Shown: positions 51,680 through 61,399, counted from the first letter of the stretch. The stretch: DNA of 64,000 nucleotides from Actinomycetota bacterium (GCA_019348255.1 JAHWJU010000001.1:2900-66899), one strand, 5' to 3'. Numbers and translations: made by a program. The notes: generated by a model from the sequence alone, not told the origin.

Positions 51680-51971
51680 CGTGCGGCTCCGTGAACGGCA
51701 GCGTGTGTTTCCCAGTGAGTACGGCGACCATTCGCGGTCGGATCGGGGATCATCCGAGCGGGCCCGGCAGGACGACCCGGCGCGCGCCCACGATTCCCCA
51801 GCACGGCCGGCGCCGGGCGACGGCCGGTGGTGTTCGGTCGGGGTCCCGACGGGCAGGGGCGCAATGGGTCGTCGTGGCCCCGAGGCGGCTGCTGGGAGGC
51901 TCACACCCCCGGAAGGGGGGTGACGTCGGTGATGCTGGGTGCGGCCTCCACGGGCGGAGGCGCCGTGCTGG

Positions 51972-52538
51972 TCAGGAGGAGGCGGCCTGCCCGTCCCTGG
52001 AGAGCTTTCTGTTCCGGCGGGTGCGCACGCTGAATACCGTGCCGGCGCCTACCAGCAGCAGAGCCAAGCCGGCCTGGAGGAGGGGCAGGGAGTCGGATCC
52101 GGTGCGGGCCAGTGCGCCACCCCCCTTGCCGGCGCCGCCCGTGCCGCCGCCGCCGGCGCGGGCGACGCGGTCCGTGCTTCCGCTGCCGGAGTTGCGGCCG
52201 GCAGCGGCTCCCTTGCCGGCAGCGGTTTCGCCGGCTTCGGGCGCCAGCACGGTGATGGGCAGGCGCAGGACCAGGGTGCCGGGCCCGTCGATGTCCTTGC
52301 CGGTCACCGTGATGGTGTGCTGGCCGGGCGCGATGTCGGTCGGGATGGTGACCGTGGCCGTGAACACGCCGGTTGGGTCCGCGGTGGCCGTACCGAGCCG
52401 GCGGGGCGTCGATTGGATGTCGATGACCACCCCTCCGGCGAAGCAGCACCCGGAGATGGTGACCTCCTGGCCGGGGACGACGGTGAGGTCGTCGACGGCG
52501 AGGAAGTCACCCTGGTCGTAGCCCTGCGCCTGAGCCAT
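51972..52538 (-). CDS. LAxTG-anchored Ig-like surface protein, apparently lacking a signal peptide (possibly 5'-truncated)
   Basis: 'VVPGQEVTISG..F.GG..IDIQSTPRRLGTATADPTGVFTATVTIPTDIAPGQHTITVTG' is an Ig-like adhesin repeat. The C-terminus has 'LARTG', the hydrophobic 'LLQAGLALLLVGAGTVF' and the basic 'RTRRNRK'. An in-frame stop at 52581..52583 leaves no room for an N-terminal signal. Confidence 0.55.
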   Translation of the reverse strand: MAQAQGYDQGDFLAVDDLTVVPGQEVTISGCCFAGGVVIDIQSTPRRLGTATADPTGVFTATVTIPTDIAPGQHTITVTGKDIDGPGTLVLRLPITVLAPEAGETAAGKGAAAGRNSGSGSTDRVARAGGGGTGGAGKGGGALARTGSDSLPLLQAGLALLLVGAGTVFSVRTRRNRKLSRDGQAASS

Positions 52539-52902
52539 GCCTTGGTGTAGCTTGACCGCGTGCCGGTCCTGGTCTCGCCGTCACCTGACGGATGGTCGGG
52601 ACCGACCTTCGTGCCGACCCAAGGCGTCGGTGGATGGCGACCACGGCCCCGACTCGTGACGACACCATCCGGACGCAGTGGTACCGGGCGAGGTGGGACC
52701 GCTGCGGGAACCGTGACCGGACCCGGCGGAAGGGTCTGAACGCCCTGAACCCGCCCGGCTCCCTGCACCTCGGCGCACTCGGCGTGAGCGGGCGCGGCGG
52801 CGCTGGTGTGCACCGCGGTCAGCAGCCCGGGGCCCGGCCCGGTTCCCCGGACTGGCCTCATGGGGGCCACCGTGGCCGCCCGGAGCTTCCCGAGGCCCTC
52901 TG

Positions 52903-53841
52903 ATGCGCGTCGTCGTCACCGGCGGTGCCGGCTTCATCGGCGCCAACCTGTGCCGCAGACTGGCGGGCACCGGCGGGATCGATGAGGTGGTGGCGTACGA
53001 CAACCTTTCCACCGGGTCGAAGGACAACCTGGCCGGTGTGGACGGTGTCGACTTGGTCGAAGCCGACATCTGTGACCCGAGGGCCCTGGACAAGGCGTTC
53101 CGGGGAGCCTCGACCGTGGTCCACCTCGCGGCCCGACCGTCGGTGCCGAAGTCCATCGCCGATCCTGTGGCGAGCCACGTGGCCAACGTGACCGGTACGC
53201 TAGAGGTGCTCGAGGCGGTGAGGCGGGCCGGGCGCCCGCACGTGATCGCCGCCTCGTCGTCGTCGGTGTACGGCGCCAATCCCACGCTTCCGAAGCACGA
53301 GGCCCTGAAGCCGTCCCCGCTCAGTCCGTACGCGGCCATGAAGCTCGCCACCGAGACGTACGCGCTGGCGTGGGGACACTCCTACGCCCTCGACGTGCTG
53401 GCCTTCCGCTTCTTCAATGTCTTCGGTCCGCTCCAGCCGGCCGACCACGCATATGCTGCAGTCGTTCCCGCTTTCGTCTCCGCCGCCCTGGAGGGCCGGC
53501 CGCTGCCAGTGCACGGCAGTGGTGAGCAGACTCGGGACTTCACCTACGTGGGTTCGGTGGCAGCCGTGGTCACCGAGGCCGTCCTCCGGCGTGTCAGCGC
53601 GTCGGAGCCCGTCAACCTCGCCTTCGGCTCCAGGACCTCGCTCCTCGAACTCATCGCCGTCCTCGAGGAGGTGCTCGGGCGTCCTCTGGAGCGGCAGCAC
53701 GGCGACGCTCGACCGGGTGACGTGTGCGACTCTCAGGCCGAGGTCTCCCGGCTGCATGCCCTGTTCCCGGGGGTGGAGCCCGTACCACTGGTCGAGGGCG
53801 TGAGGGCAACGGTTGACTGGTTCCTGGACCAACAGGGGTGA
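52903..53841 (+). CDS. NAD-dependent nucleotide-sugar epimerase/dehydratase (SDR family)
   Basis: The Rossmann motif is 'VVVTGGAGFIGANL' and the catalytic 'SPYAAMKLATE' carries Y-x3-K. 'GEQTRDFTYV' is present. The product is 312 aa. Confidence 0.85.
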   Translation: MRVVVTGGAGFIGANLCRRLAGTGGIDEVVAYDNLSTGSKDNLAGVDGVDLVEADICDPRALDKAFRGASTVVHLAARPSVPKSIADPVASHVANVTGTLEVLEAVRRAGRPHVIAASSSSVYGANPTLPKHEALKPSPLSPYAAMKLATETYALAWGHSYALDVLAFRFFNVFGPLQPADHAYAAVVPAFVSAALEGRPLPVHGSGEQTRDFTYVGSVAAVVTEAVLRRVSASEPVNLAFGSRTSLLELIAVLEEVLGRPLERQHGDARPGDVCDSQAEVSRLHALFPGVEPVPLVEGVRATVDWFLDQQG

Positions 53842-53900
53842 CCGACCCGCCGGAGAGGCGGCACGTCGTAGCCTGACCGTGTACCTCGACTGGACGGCCG

Positions 53901-55116
53901 GTGGCCCGACTGCTCGGCGCTGTCCTCGCTGCTCTCTCGGGGCTCGTCGCCGCCACCGGCGCCTCCGGGGTCGAGGCCGGCAAGCGGGTGCTGTCACGAC
54001 CACCGACGATGCCATCACGCCGGTCATCGCCGACGGGCTCCGACGGGCGGAAGCGGGCGGTCACCAGGCGTACGTCGTGCGGCTGGACACGCCGGGCGGA
54101 CTGGACGTCTCCATGCGGAGCATCATCCGGGACTTCCTCGACGCCCGCGTTCTCGTGGTCGCCTACGTGAGCCCGTCCGGTGCCCGAGCGGCGTCGGCGG
54201 AGCGCTGATCACCTTCTCCGCCCACGTGGCGGCGATGGCGCCGGGAACGGCCATCGGCGCCGCCACCCCGGTCGACCTGGAAGGCGGCGATCTCGGCGAA
54301 GAGGCGATCAACGACGCCGCTGCGTTGGCCGAGTCGGTCGCCCGCCTGCGGGATCGAAACGTGGACTTCGCGGTCGACACGGTGCGGCGGGCCCGCTCGG
54401 CTCCGGCCGAAGAGACGCTGGAGCTGGGTGCGATCGACCGGGTGGTCGGCTCCCTGTCCGAGCTCCTGGAGGTCACCGACGGGACCGAAGTCGTCCTCGC
54501 AGGCGACGAAGCCACGAGGCTGGCCACCGCCGGGGCCACGGTGGAGGAAAACGACATCGGGGTCTTCCGCCTGATCCTCCAGTGGCTCGCCGATCCCAAC
54601 CTTGGCGTTCCTATTCCTCTCGGTCGGGACACTCAGTCTCATCTACGAGCTGGCCAACCCCGGTGTGGGCGCCGGGGGCATCGTGGGTACGGTCCTGATC
54701 ATCCTTGCCTTGCTCTCACTGTCCGTGCTTCCGGTCGGGGCGGTGGGCTGCTCTTGTTGCTGGCGGCCGTCTTGTTCGTGGCCGAGCTGTTCGCCCCCGA
54801 TGTCGGTGTCTTCGCGGTCCTAGGAGCCGTCGCCCTGGTGCTGAGTGGCCTGTTCCTGTTCCGGGACGTCGCCGGCCTCAGCGCGAGCCTGCTGGTGATG
54901 CTCCCCACCGCCGTGCTGGTCGCCGGAGGCACCGTGCTGGCCGGGAAGCCGGCACTGCGTGCCCGCCGGAGCCCGGCCACCAGCAGGACGCCGAATCGCT
55001 GGTCGGCAAGCTGGTGACCGGTCCGGCGAACGTGGGGGACGACCGGGCAAACGCACGTGGATGCGGCATGGTGGAACCTGCGCAGCGACGACACGCCGCT
55101 GCACTCGGGCAGCAAA
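53901..55116 (+). pseudogene. NfeD-like membrane-bound ClpP-class protease gene broken by at least 4 frameshifts
   Basis: Recognisable pieces lie in alternating frames: signal 'ARLLGAVLAALSGLVAATGASG'; 'VVRLDTPGGLDVSMRSIIRDFLDARVLVVAYVSPSGARAASA'; 'ITFSAHVAAMAPGTAIGAATPV'; TM part 'FLFLSVGTLSLIYELANPGVGAGGIVGTVLIILALLSL'; 'LLLLAAVLFVAELFAPDVGVFAVLGAV'; and an OB-like end 'LVGKLVTGPA...VDAAWWNLRSDD'. One shift maps to a G-run at about 54195. Confidence 0.7.
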
Positions 55117-55191
55117 GCGTTCCGCGCATCGAAGCGTCGAATCAGCGACGCCGTCTACCGCCAGCTGCTCAACGACACCAACCTGCGGTAG
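55117..55191 (+). mobile_element. Possible 3'-terminal remnant of an IS110-family transposase gene
   Basis: '(S)KAFRASKRRISDAVYRQLLNDTNLR*' resembles, from memory, the C-terminal '...KEALRCLKRRISDAVYRQL...' tail of actinobacterial IS110-family transposases. It is joined directly to the NfeD remnant. No other part of an IS element is visible. Confidence 0.3.
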
Positions 55192-55878
55192 CGGGCCCGG
55201 GAGGGCAACCAAGGGCGTCTCTGACGTCCAACGCGACCGGCCTCACGCCCTGACAGCCGGCTCTTCGGATCAGCCACTCCCGAACCCGAACATCACGCTA
55301 CGCCCGCCCACGCCGCTTCGCCGGGGGACGAGCACAAGCGCCCCGACAGCGCGGAGGAGGGACGTTGTGAACCGAGGTACTCCTCCTCGAAAGAGGGCGG
55401 GTCGTCCCCCCACGCCGGAGTGGCTGCACGGCGGTGCCAGTTGTGATATGTGACCGATGAACTGCGGCGCCTCAACTGCTCCAGCCTCGCGCCACCTCAA
55501 TAGAGCGCGACGGCACTGGCGTCCGGCGCCGAAGATGCCCTGCTTGTACGTACTCTTCTCTGCGGCCGTGCGGCTACCCGGCCGGGTCGACCTGGTGGTG
55601 CTCGACAGCGCTCCCTCGAGCTTGCCCGGGCGCATCGCCGCAGGGCGGCGGTCCGCCCACCGCCCCGGTCACGACCACGCACCCGGGCCAGGGTCGGTCC
55701 TTCGATGGAGGCTGGCGAGATGCCGTTCGAACGCATGCTGGGCGCTATGCAGATCCTGGCCCCGACTGGCGCTGCCGAGGTAGGGATCGCACCGGCGGTA
55801 CGGATCCGACCCGGTGATCTGTGGCGGGCGGCTCTCCGTACCTGCGGTGCCCTATGACCTACGGAAGGAACCCCAAAA

Positions 55879-56037
55879 ATGCAAAAAGCTCGCATGGCGG
55901 CTGCCGCCGCCGCGCTCGCCCTCGTCGTGCTGGCTCCGACTGCTGCCATGGCGGACCCGCCGGGGCCGGGCGACAAGCAGTGCCGGCCGGGGCAGCAGGG
56001 CAACCCCCAGCCCGCTCACAAGGGCGGTTCCTGCTAG
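55879..56037 (+). CDS. Small secreted Pro/Gly-rich peptide with two Cys (52 aa; below the ORF-track cutoff)
   Basis: 'MQKARMAAAAAALALVVLAPTAAMA|DPPGPGDKQCRPGQQGNPQPAHKGGSC'. A 'GGAAGGAA' Shine-Dalgarno ends about 8 nt upstream of the ATG. GC is high at third codon positions. A strong hairpin begins 12 nt after the stop. Confidence 0.55.
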   Translation: MQKARMAAAAAALALVVLAPTAAMADPPGPGDKQCRPGQQGNPQPAHKGGSC

Positions 56038-56048
56038 GTCCGACGACG

Positions 56049-56086
56049 AGAGGAGGCAGCCACGGACTGCCGTGGCTGCCTCCTCT
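56049..56086 (+). terminator. Perfect 17-bp stem / 4-nt loop hairpin after the small peptide gene
   Basis: 'AGAGGAGGCAGCCACGG' (56049..56065), loop 'ACTG', then 'CCGTGGCTGCCTCCTCT' (56070..56086). It is followed by 'GCCTCTCTT'. Confidence 0.65.
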
Positions 56087-56819
56087 GCCTCTCTTGGCGG
56101 GCGAGGATCGCCGTGCCTGCCGGCGGCCGAGTCGACGGCGTGTGATAATCGCACCCCGCAGATCCGGCTGGTGTTGCGCCCGGCCGGTCCTGTGTCGAGG
56201 TGGACGCAGACGATGGGTCCTTCGAAGACAGCCGGCGGTGGCGGCCGCGAGGGCGCGAGGGCGCGAGGGAGACGGAGCCCGGCTCACCGTTCGCCGGTGG
56301 CCCCTCCGGCCAGCCTCTGACTGCGGTTGCCGGCCGCCCTTGCCGCTCGCCTCGCACAGCTGGAGGACGATGTTGCCGCAGCGTCGCCTTAGTTTCGGTC
56401 GACTCGGAAATCACGTTGATGTGCCGGAAGTGGGCAGGCAATGTCCGCGAGAGCGTCCGGCTACCCCGGTCTTGACGTGCCACGGAATCGGCGATCTGCT
56501 CGAAACGGTGGCGCGACAGGACCTATGGCATAACTTGAGCTGCCTCCTCAGCCCGCCGTTCCGGGAGCAGGCGGTCGGAGATGCGCCGTTAGGCGGGCGG
56601 TAGTCGCGAGACCGCTCTCGGATTATGGGCGCGCGTTCTGATGGAGTTGGAGACCGGGGGGAGCACCGGGAGCCGTCGTTCCGTCGCCCCCACCAGGTGC
56701 TGTGGTGGCCACGTAGGGCGCTTCGTCGGTGCCGGCGCGACGATGGATGGATGGGTGCCGTGGATGGCGGAGTGGGCGTAGACGCCGAACGCTGGCTGTC
56801 ACCGGTCGTGCCCTGTCCG

Positions 56820-57141
56820 ATGCTCGTCGGCCGCGCCGTCGAGGTGGATTCGTTGGGCGCTGCGCTGGACATCGCTCGTCCAGGGGCGGGGGGCGGTCGT
56901 CTTCGTGGCGCGCGAGGCGGGCATCGGCAAGTCCCGGATGGTGAGCGAGCTGGCCTCGAACGCGGCGCAGCGACGCGAAGGAGTGCGGGTGGACCAGCAT
57001 GGAGAAGGACAGGGGTTCAGCCCCGAGGAGTTCGACCGCCAAGACGTGGTGGAACTTCCGCAGCGCGAGCTGATGATCGCCGTGACGCTTCTCGGCATCC
57101 CCATTGTCGGACTGTCGGGGGTCGACCTCCGCATCTCCTGA
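56820..57141 (+). pseudogene. N-terminal fragment of a large AAA-ATPase (LuxR/MalT-type regulator) gene, frameshifted and truncated
   Basis: 'MLVGRAVEVDSLGAALDIARPG' in one frame continues, after a G-run near 56885, as 'AVVFVAREAGIGKSRMVSELAS' (Walker A) in another frame. The ORF stops after about 105 aa, whereas such regulators are normally several hundred aa long. Confidence 0.5.
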
Positions 57142-57149
57142 GCCGCCCC

Positions 57150-57452
57150 ATGGGAGTGCCGGCCCCACGGCGCTCAGCCGGGGACGGCCATGTGGGCGCA
57201 CCCCGGCTGACACCTGGGAGACAGCTCCTCGGCGCGTACCAGGGCTCCGGCTCCAGTGAGGTGCCGTACCTGGTGCGGCGGGCCGACGGCACCATGGTCC
57301 AGCTGCCGCGCCTCCTCTACGAGGTGGCGGCCGGCGCCGACGGGCGGTCGATCGTCGACTCCATCGCGTCACGGGTGGGCGGGGCGATGGCCCGGTCCGT
57401 GACCGCCGACGACGTGGCCTACCTGATCGGGGAGGCGTCCCGACCGGCATGA
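57150..57452 (+). CDS. Short ORF resembling only the soluble N-terminal region of a larger actinobacterial membrane protein (gene fragment?)
   Basis: '[59 protein letters not shown]' recalls the N-termini of multi-TM (M50-peptidase-like) proteins. No TM region follows. The stop forms an ATGA overlap with the pilD fragment. Confidence 0.3.
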   Translation: MGVPAPRRSAGDGHVGAPRLTPGRQLLGAYQGSGSSEVPYLVRRADGTMVQLPRLLYEVAAGADGRSIVDSIASRVGGAMARSVTADDVAYLIGEASRPA

Positions 57453-57748
57453 CCGTGCTGGTGATCGGGAGCTGCACCATGCTGGGGTTGGCGATCGGGT
57501 CGTTCCTCAACGTGGTCATTCACCGCGTGCCGCTGCACCAGTCGGTGGTTACGCCGCGCTCCCGCTGCCCGGTGTGCGAAACACCCCTCCGGGGCCGGGA
57601 CAACGTGCCCGTGGTGTCGTGGCTGCTGCTGGGTGGCCATTGCCGTCACTGTGGCTGTCCCATCTCCGCCCGCTACCCGCTGGTCGAGGGGGGCACGGCG
57701 GTGCTGTTCGCCGCCGCCGGTGCCCTGGCCACCGTGCTGCTCGGCTGA
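57449..57748 (+). CDS. pilD: Prepilin peptidase N-terminal (zinc-ribbon/methyltransferase-side) domain only; A24 peptidase domain absent
   Basis: '[67 protein letters not shown]' is the C-x-x-C...C-x-x-C N-domain of PilD. The ORF ends after 99 aa and no peptidase TM core follows in any frame. Confidence 0.7.
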   Translation: MTVLVIGSCTMLGLAIGSFLNVVIHRVPLHQSVVTPRSRCPVCETPLRGRDNVPVVSWLLLGGHCRHCGCPISARYPLVEGGTAVLFAAAGALATVLLG

Positions 57749-58857
57749 AACCTGCGCTCGACGTGCCGACCCTGCGGCGGGACGGCGTTTTCCGCGAGCG
57801 CAGGACGGCGTTCCCGGCGCCCCGGGGCCAGAACGGGCACTGCGCTACTCAGGACCCCCGACCGCAACCGGACCTCGGGCGCCACCCGTTCGCATGGCAT
57901 CAGGCCGAGGCGAGGGCGGTCCGCGCCTTCGGCGCTCGGGAGCGCCGGCCGTGCCACCACGCACGCCTGCGCAGCGGTCGGGTTGTCCGGCGTGGCGTCG
58001 CCTGCTTGGTCGGGCGTCGGCACGCAGATGCCCATGTCGAACCCGGCGACCGACACCTCGACGCAGTCCGGGTGGATCCTCTCCACGACGAAGTGGTCGG
58101 CGAAGACCTCGCCCTCGGCCGGGAGGTAGACATGGTCGTCCATGGTGACGACCGCGCGGGAGGTGCCAGCGTCGTCGGTGACGACCCACTGGAGGCGGAA
58201 CCATTCGAGGAGCCAGCGCACGAGCTGCATCGGATCGTCGATCATCCCCGGCGGCCGCTCCTGGGGCGGATGCCGCTTCGGCGGTTGCTGGGGCAAGTGC
58301 TGCTGGGGCGGGGGCTGAGGAGCCGGGGCATGCCCGGGCGGGGGCTGCTGGGGTGACGGATGGTGCCAGTAGCCCGGAGTCGGTGGCTCCTCGTCCGGGG
58401 GCACCACCGTGGTCCCGGCGGGCGGCGGCGCCGGTGGCTGAGTCCCGACGTCCGGGGCGGCGGTGCCGTCCGTGACTGTCGCGCCGGCACCGGCCGGTGC
58501 GGAAGCCTCCGTCGTCGCCGGCGGGGTGGGGGGCGGCGGTGCCGGGGCTTGTGCCTGGGCAGGGTCCGGTCCCTCCGCAGGCTGGGGATCGGGGACGGTG
58601 ACGAGCTGCTGGAACGGGTCCCGGCCGACCGCGAACGCCAGCTCCGGGGCGAAGCCGACCGGTGATGGTTCGCTCGCCTCCGGCTCGGCCACGGTGGTCG
58701 ACGACGTCGAGGGCGGAGGCGGCGGATCCGCTGGCCCACCGCTGACCGTCAGCAGGAACACCAGGCCGAGGAGCACCCCCGCCGAGCCGGCACCGGCCAG
58801 GAGGAGAGGCCGCCGCCTGACCGCGGCTTCGGTGGGATCGGGGCTGGTTGGGTTCAC
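57673..58857 (-). CDS. Pro-rich membrane-anchored pilus assembly protein (PilP-like)
   Basis: The GTG forms a GTGA overlap with the pilO stop. TM '[19 protein letters not shown]' and a 'GRDPFQQL' motif are followed by a long Pro/Ala/Thr-rich spacer. A beta-rich end reads '[36 protein letters not shown]'. The last ~90 codons look non-coding-like, so the true C-terminus is uncertain. Confidence 0.55.
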   Translation of the reverse strand: MNPTSPDPTEAAVRRRPLLLAGAGSAGVLLGLVFLLTVSGGPADPPPPPSTSSTTVAEPEASEPSPVGFAPELAFAVGRDPFQQLVTVPDPQPAEGPDPAQAQAPAPPPPTPPATTEASAPAGAGATVTDGTAAPDVGTQPPAPPPAGTTVVPPDEEPPTPGYWHHPSPQQPPPGHAPAPQPPPQQHLPQQPPKRHPPQERPPGMIDDPMQLVRWLLEWFRLQWVVTDDAGTSRAVVTMDDHVYLPAEGEVFADHFVVERIHPDCVEVSVAGFDMGICVPTPDQAGDATPDNPTAAQACVVARPALPSAEGADRPRLGLMPCERVAPEVRLRSGVLSSAVPVLAPGRRERRPALAENAVPPQGRHVERRFQPSSTVARAPAAANSTAVPPSTSG

Positions 58858-59507
58858 GAGACCTCCGGGGGGCTTTCGGGTTCGCCAGCGGTGACGTTCG
58901 GGTCGGCGGGCGGGGCGTTGGGGTCGACGAGGAGCGGGTGGTCCGCGGGCAGGAGCGCGTAGGCCTGGCCTGCCCAGGTGCCGGTGAGCTCCGGGTAACC
59001 GGCCTCGGCCTCGGTCAGGGCGATCGTGCCTACCAGCACGGCGCGATCGAGGTCCGTCTCGACCCGGCGGAGCATTTCGGTGACGCCCGCGTACGGGCCC
59101 TCCACCGTCACCGTCACCGGCATCTGGACCAGCACCGTCCCGGCGGCGTCGCCGGTGGGTCCGCCTTCGGGAGGCTGGGGTGTGCCGAAGGCCACCGAAG
59201 TGAGCTCCACACCCGCCCCGCCGGCGGCCTGCTGCAGCTCGGCGAGGATGGCCGGCTGCGCTAGCTGCGACGGGATGAGTCCCTCGAGGCGTTCGAGCGC
59301 CACCTCCAGCTGGTCCTGCCGGTCGGCCAACTCCTCGAGCACCGCGATCTCTCGCTGCAGGGACGTTTGCTGGGCGCGCAGCTGCTCCACGTCGGCCCGG
59401 ACCTGGGCCATGGCGTCCCCGCGGGGCCGGTGGAAGGCGAAGAAGTACGTGACCGACACCAGCAGCGCGACCGTGGCGCCGGCGATGGGGACCCGGAGCC
59501 GTCTCAC
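58854..59507 (-). CDS. pilO: Type IV pilus assembly protein PilO
   Basis: GTG 59507 forms a GTGA overlap with the pilN stop. TM 'IAGATVALLVSVTYFFAF' is followed by the coiled coil 'VRADVEQLRAQQTSLQREIAVLEELADRQDQLEVALERLEGLIP' and the ferredoxin-like 'VTVTVEGPYAGVTEMLRRVE'. Confidence 0.7.
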   Translation of the reverse strand: MRRLRVPIAGATVALLVSVTYFFAFHRPRGDAMAQVRADVEQLRAQQTSLQREIAVLEELADRQDQLEVALERLEGLIPSQLAQPAILAELQQAAGGAGVELTSVAFGTPQPPEGGPTGDAAGTVLVQMPVTVTVEGPYAGVTEMLRRVETDLDRAVLVGTIALTEAEAGYPELTGTWAGQAYALLPADHPLLVDPNAPPADPNVTAGEPESPPEVS

Positions 59508-60229
59508 CGACCAGCTCCGTTGCCGTCGCCGGGCGCCGCCGTCCCGGTTGCGGCAGCCGTCACCCGAGGGACCTCGACCCGCTCGCCGGCGGGAAGACCT
59601 TCGGCATAGCGCCCGGTCAATGCCGTGCCGTCGACGAACGCGGCGCCATCGAAGGTGGTCACCGGCACCTCCCCGATCTCCCCTTCGACGCCCTCCACCA
59701 ACTGCGGCTCGGCCACGCTGGGGATGGCGGCGAGCAGTTGCAGCAGCTCGGCCACCCCCGGGGAGAAGGCCCGCGTCGAGTATCCCGTGAACGTCACCGT
59801 CCCGACCAGGGAGACCTCGTCGTCCGGGCGGGGCGGCGCCCCGGAGAACGCCGGGACGATCGACTCGGCGGTGAAGGAGGTGAGCGAGGCGTCGGGGGGG
59901 AAGGCGGCCGACAGGCGAGCGAGCACACCAGCCCAGGAGATCTGGCTGTGCATGGCGGCGGCCAGCAGCCGCTCCCGTCCGGTGATCTCCTCGCCGAGCT
60001 GGCGGAACGGAGCCAGCTCGGAACGTCGGACCGTGAGCTGCTGGGTCCGGGCCTGCTCCGTGGCCCGCTCCGCCTCGGCGTGGGTGAGTCGGCGGGTTTG
60101 ACTCATGCCCAGAAGCGCGAGCAGCAACAGCAGCACGAGAAGGCCGCCTGCCACCGCGCCAGTCCAACGGCGCTCGACGATGCGCTGGGCGTAGCGATCC
60201 GGGAGGAGGTTGACGCGCGCCGCCATCAC
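59504..60229 (-). CDS. pilN: Type IV pilus assembly protein PilN
   Basis: 'ARVNLLPDRYAQRIVERR' is followed by TM 'AVAGGLLVLLLLLALLGM' and a coiled coil. The start forms a GTGA overlap with the pilM stop. Confidence 0.75.
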   Translation of the reverse strand: MMAARVNLLPDRYAQRIVERRWTGAVAGGLLVLLLLLALLGMSQTRRLTHAEAERATEQARTQQLTVRRSELAPFRQLGEEITGRERLLAAAMHSQISWAGVLARLSAAFPPDASLTSFTAESIVPAFSGAPPRPDDEVSLVGTVTFTGYSTRAFSPGVAELLQLLAAIPSVAEPQLVEGVEGEIGEVPVTTFDGAAFVDGTALTGRYAEGLPAGERVEVPRVTAAATGTAAPGDGNGAGR

Positions 60230-61278
60230 CGCAACAACCCCAGGGCCAGTCCGACGGCCACGGCGAGGAGCGGGTCAGCAGACCTCTGATCGGTGGCAGG
60301 CCCCGACCGGGCGACCTCGAGCGCCTCCACCGGGGCGCCGTGCTCCACCGGGAGCTCCAGCACCGCCTCCAGCCGGTCGGCGAGGGGCGGGGCGAGGCTG
60401 GCCCCGCCCGAGAGCACCGCTCGCTTGACGGCCACGTCTGGGTGCTGGGCGCGGAAGAAGTCGAGCGAGCGCTGGACCTCGGTGATGACCCGCTGCACGC
60501 CGTCGTTCAGCACCCGGGCCCGCTCGTCGTCGGCATCGAGCTCGGCGCCGCCGGCCATGGCCCCGCTGGCCTCGAGCTTGGCCGCCTCGGCCTCGTCCCA
60601 GCCCAGCTCGAGCACCTCCTGGAGCGCTCGGGTGGCGCTGTCGCCTCCCAGGCGCACCATGCGCACGAACAGCGGGCTGCCTCCTCGGTGCACGGCGATC
60701 TTGGTGACCGACGCGCCGACGTCGACGATGATCTCCACCTGGTCGGTCTCCGCCGGTGACGACGCCAGGCTGCGGATGAGGGCGAAGGCGTCGAGGTCGA
60801 CCACGGCCGGGCGAAGCTTGGCGGCCGTCACGGCGGAGAGCAGGCGCTCGACCATCTCCTGCTCGGCCGCCACCAGCAGCACCCGCACGTTCTTCCGGTC
60901 GTCGCCGACGGCGTAGCGCTCGACCACGACGTGGTCGAGCAGGGCGTGGTCGATCGGGATGGGGAGCTGGTCCTGGGCCTGGAGGCGCACCGCGTCACGC
61001 AGTTCGGCATCGGCAAGGTCGGGGAGGTCGATCTGGCGGACCGTCACCCGCTGGCTGGCCAGACCCACCGCCACCGTGCGCTGGCCGAACCGTGCCCGCT
61101 TCCACAGGCCCCGGAGCGCCTCGGTGACCACCTCGGGCTGCACCACGTCACCGTCGACCACCGCCTCGGGGGGCAGCGCCACCTCGCCCCGGCGGGTCAG
61201 GCGGAGGGTGCCGGCCCGCTTGCGCTCGATCTGCACGGCGCGCACCGCGCTGCTGCCGATGTCGAGGCCGATAGCCAC
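60226..61278 (-). CDS. pilM: Type IV pilus assembly ATPase-fold protein PilM
   Basis: The actin-like fold is shown by 'VAIGLDIGSSAVRAVQIER', 'IIVDVGASVTKIAVHRGG' and 'RAVLSGGASL'. GTG 61278 (9 nt after 'GGAG') is the only canonical start downstream of the pilA stop. The track start at 61458 would overlap pilA. Confidence 0.8.
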   Translation of the reverse strand: MAIGLDIGSSAVRAVQIERKRAGTLRLTRRGEVALPPEAVVDGDVVQPEVVTEALRGLWKRARFGQRTVAVGLASQRVTVRQIDLPDLADAELRDAVRLQAQDQLPIPIDHALLDHVVVERYAVGDDRKNVRVLLVAAEQEMVERLLSAVTAAKLRPAVVDLDAFALIRSLASSPAETDQVEIIVDVGASVTKIAVHRGGSPLFVRMVRLGGDSATRALQEVLELGWDEAEAAKLEASGAMAGGAELDADDERARVLNDGVQRVITEVQRSLDFFRAQHPDVAVKRAVLSGGASLAPPLADRLEAVLELPVEHGAPVEALEVARSGPATDQRSADPLLAVAVGLALGLLR

Positions 61279-61399
61279 TGGGGAAAGCTCCGTTGTCGGT
61301 GATGGCGTGGAGGAACGTCGGGAAAGGCGGCTGAGGGCCGCCGACGGCGAAGGAGCAGACGAGCTGCCGCCTTCGCCGTCGAGGGCATCTCTCGTGTGC

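Noticed and set aside
52304-52870. ORF 52304..52870(-), considered as the missing signal-peptide-bearing N-terminus of the LAxTG Ig-like protein via a frameshift.
   Set aside because: The translation is Pro/Arg/Thr-rich without a convincing signal peptide or Ig-like sequence. It also overlaps the real ORF in a different frame for 235 nt, so the link is unsupported.
55710-55740. A 'GTTCGAA' T-loop-like motif in the non-coding stretch, considered as part of a tRNA and therefore a possible integration site.
   Set aside because: The flanking bases give only a 4-bp stem with a 9-nt loop. No acceptor or anticodon arms could be built.
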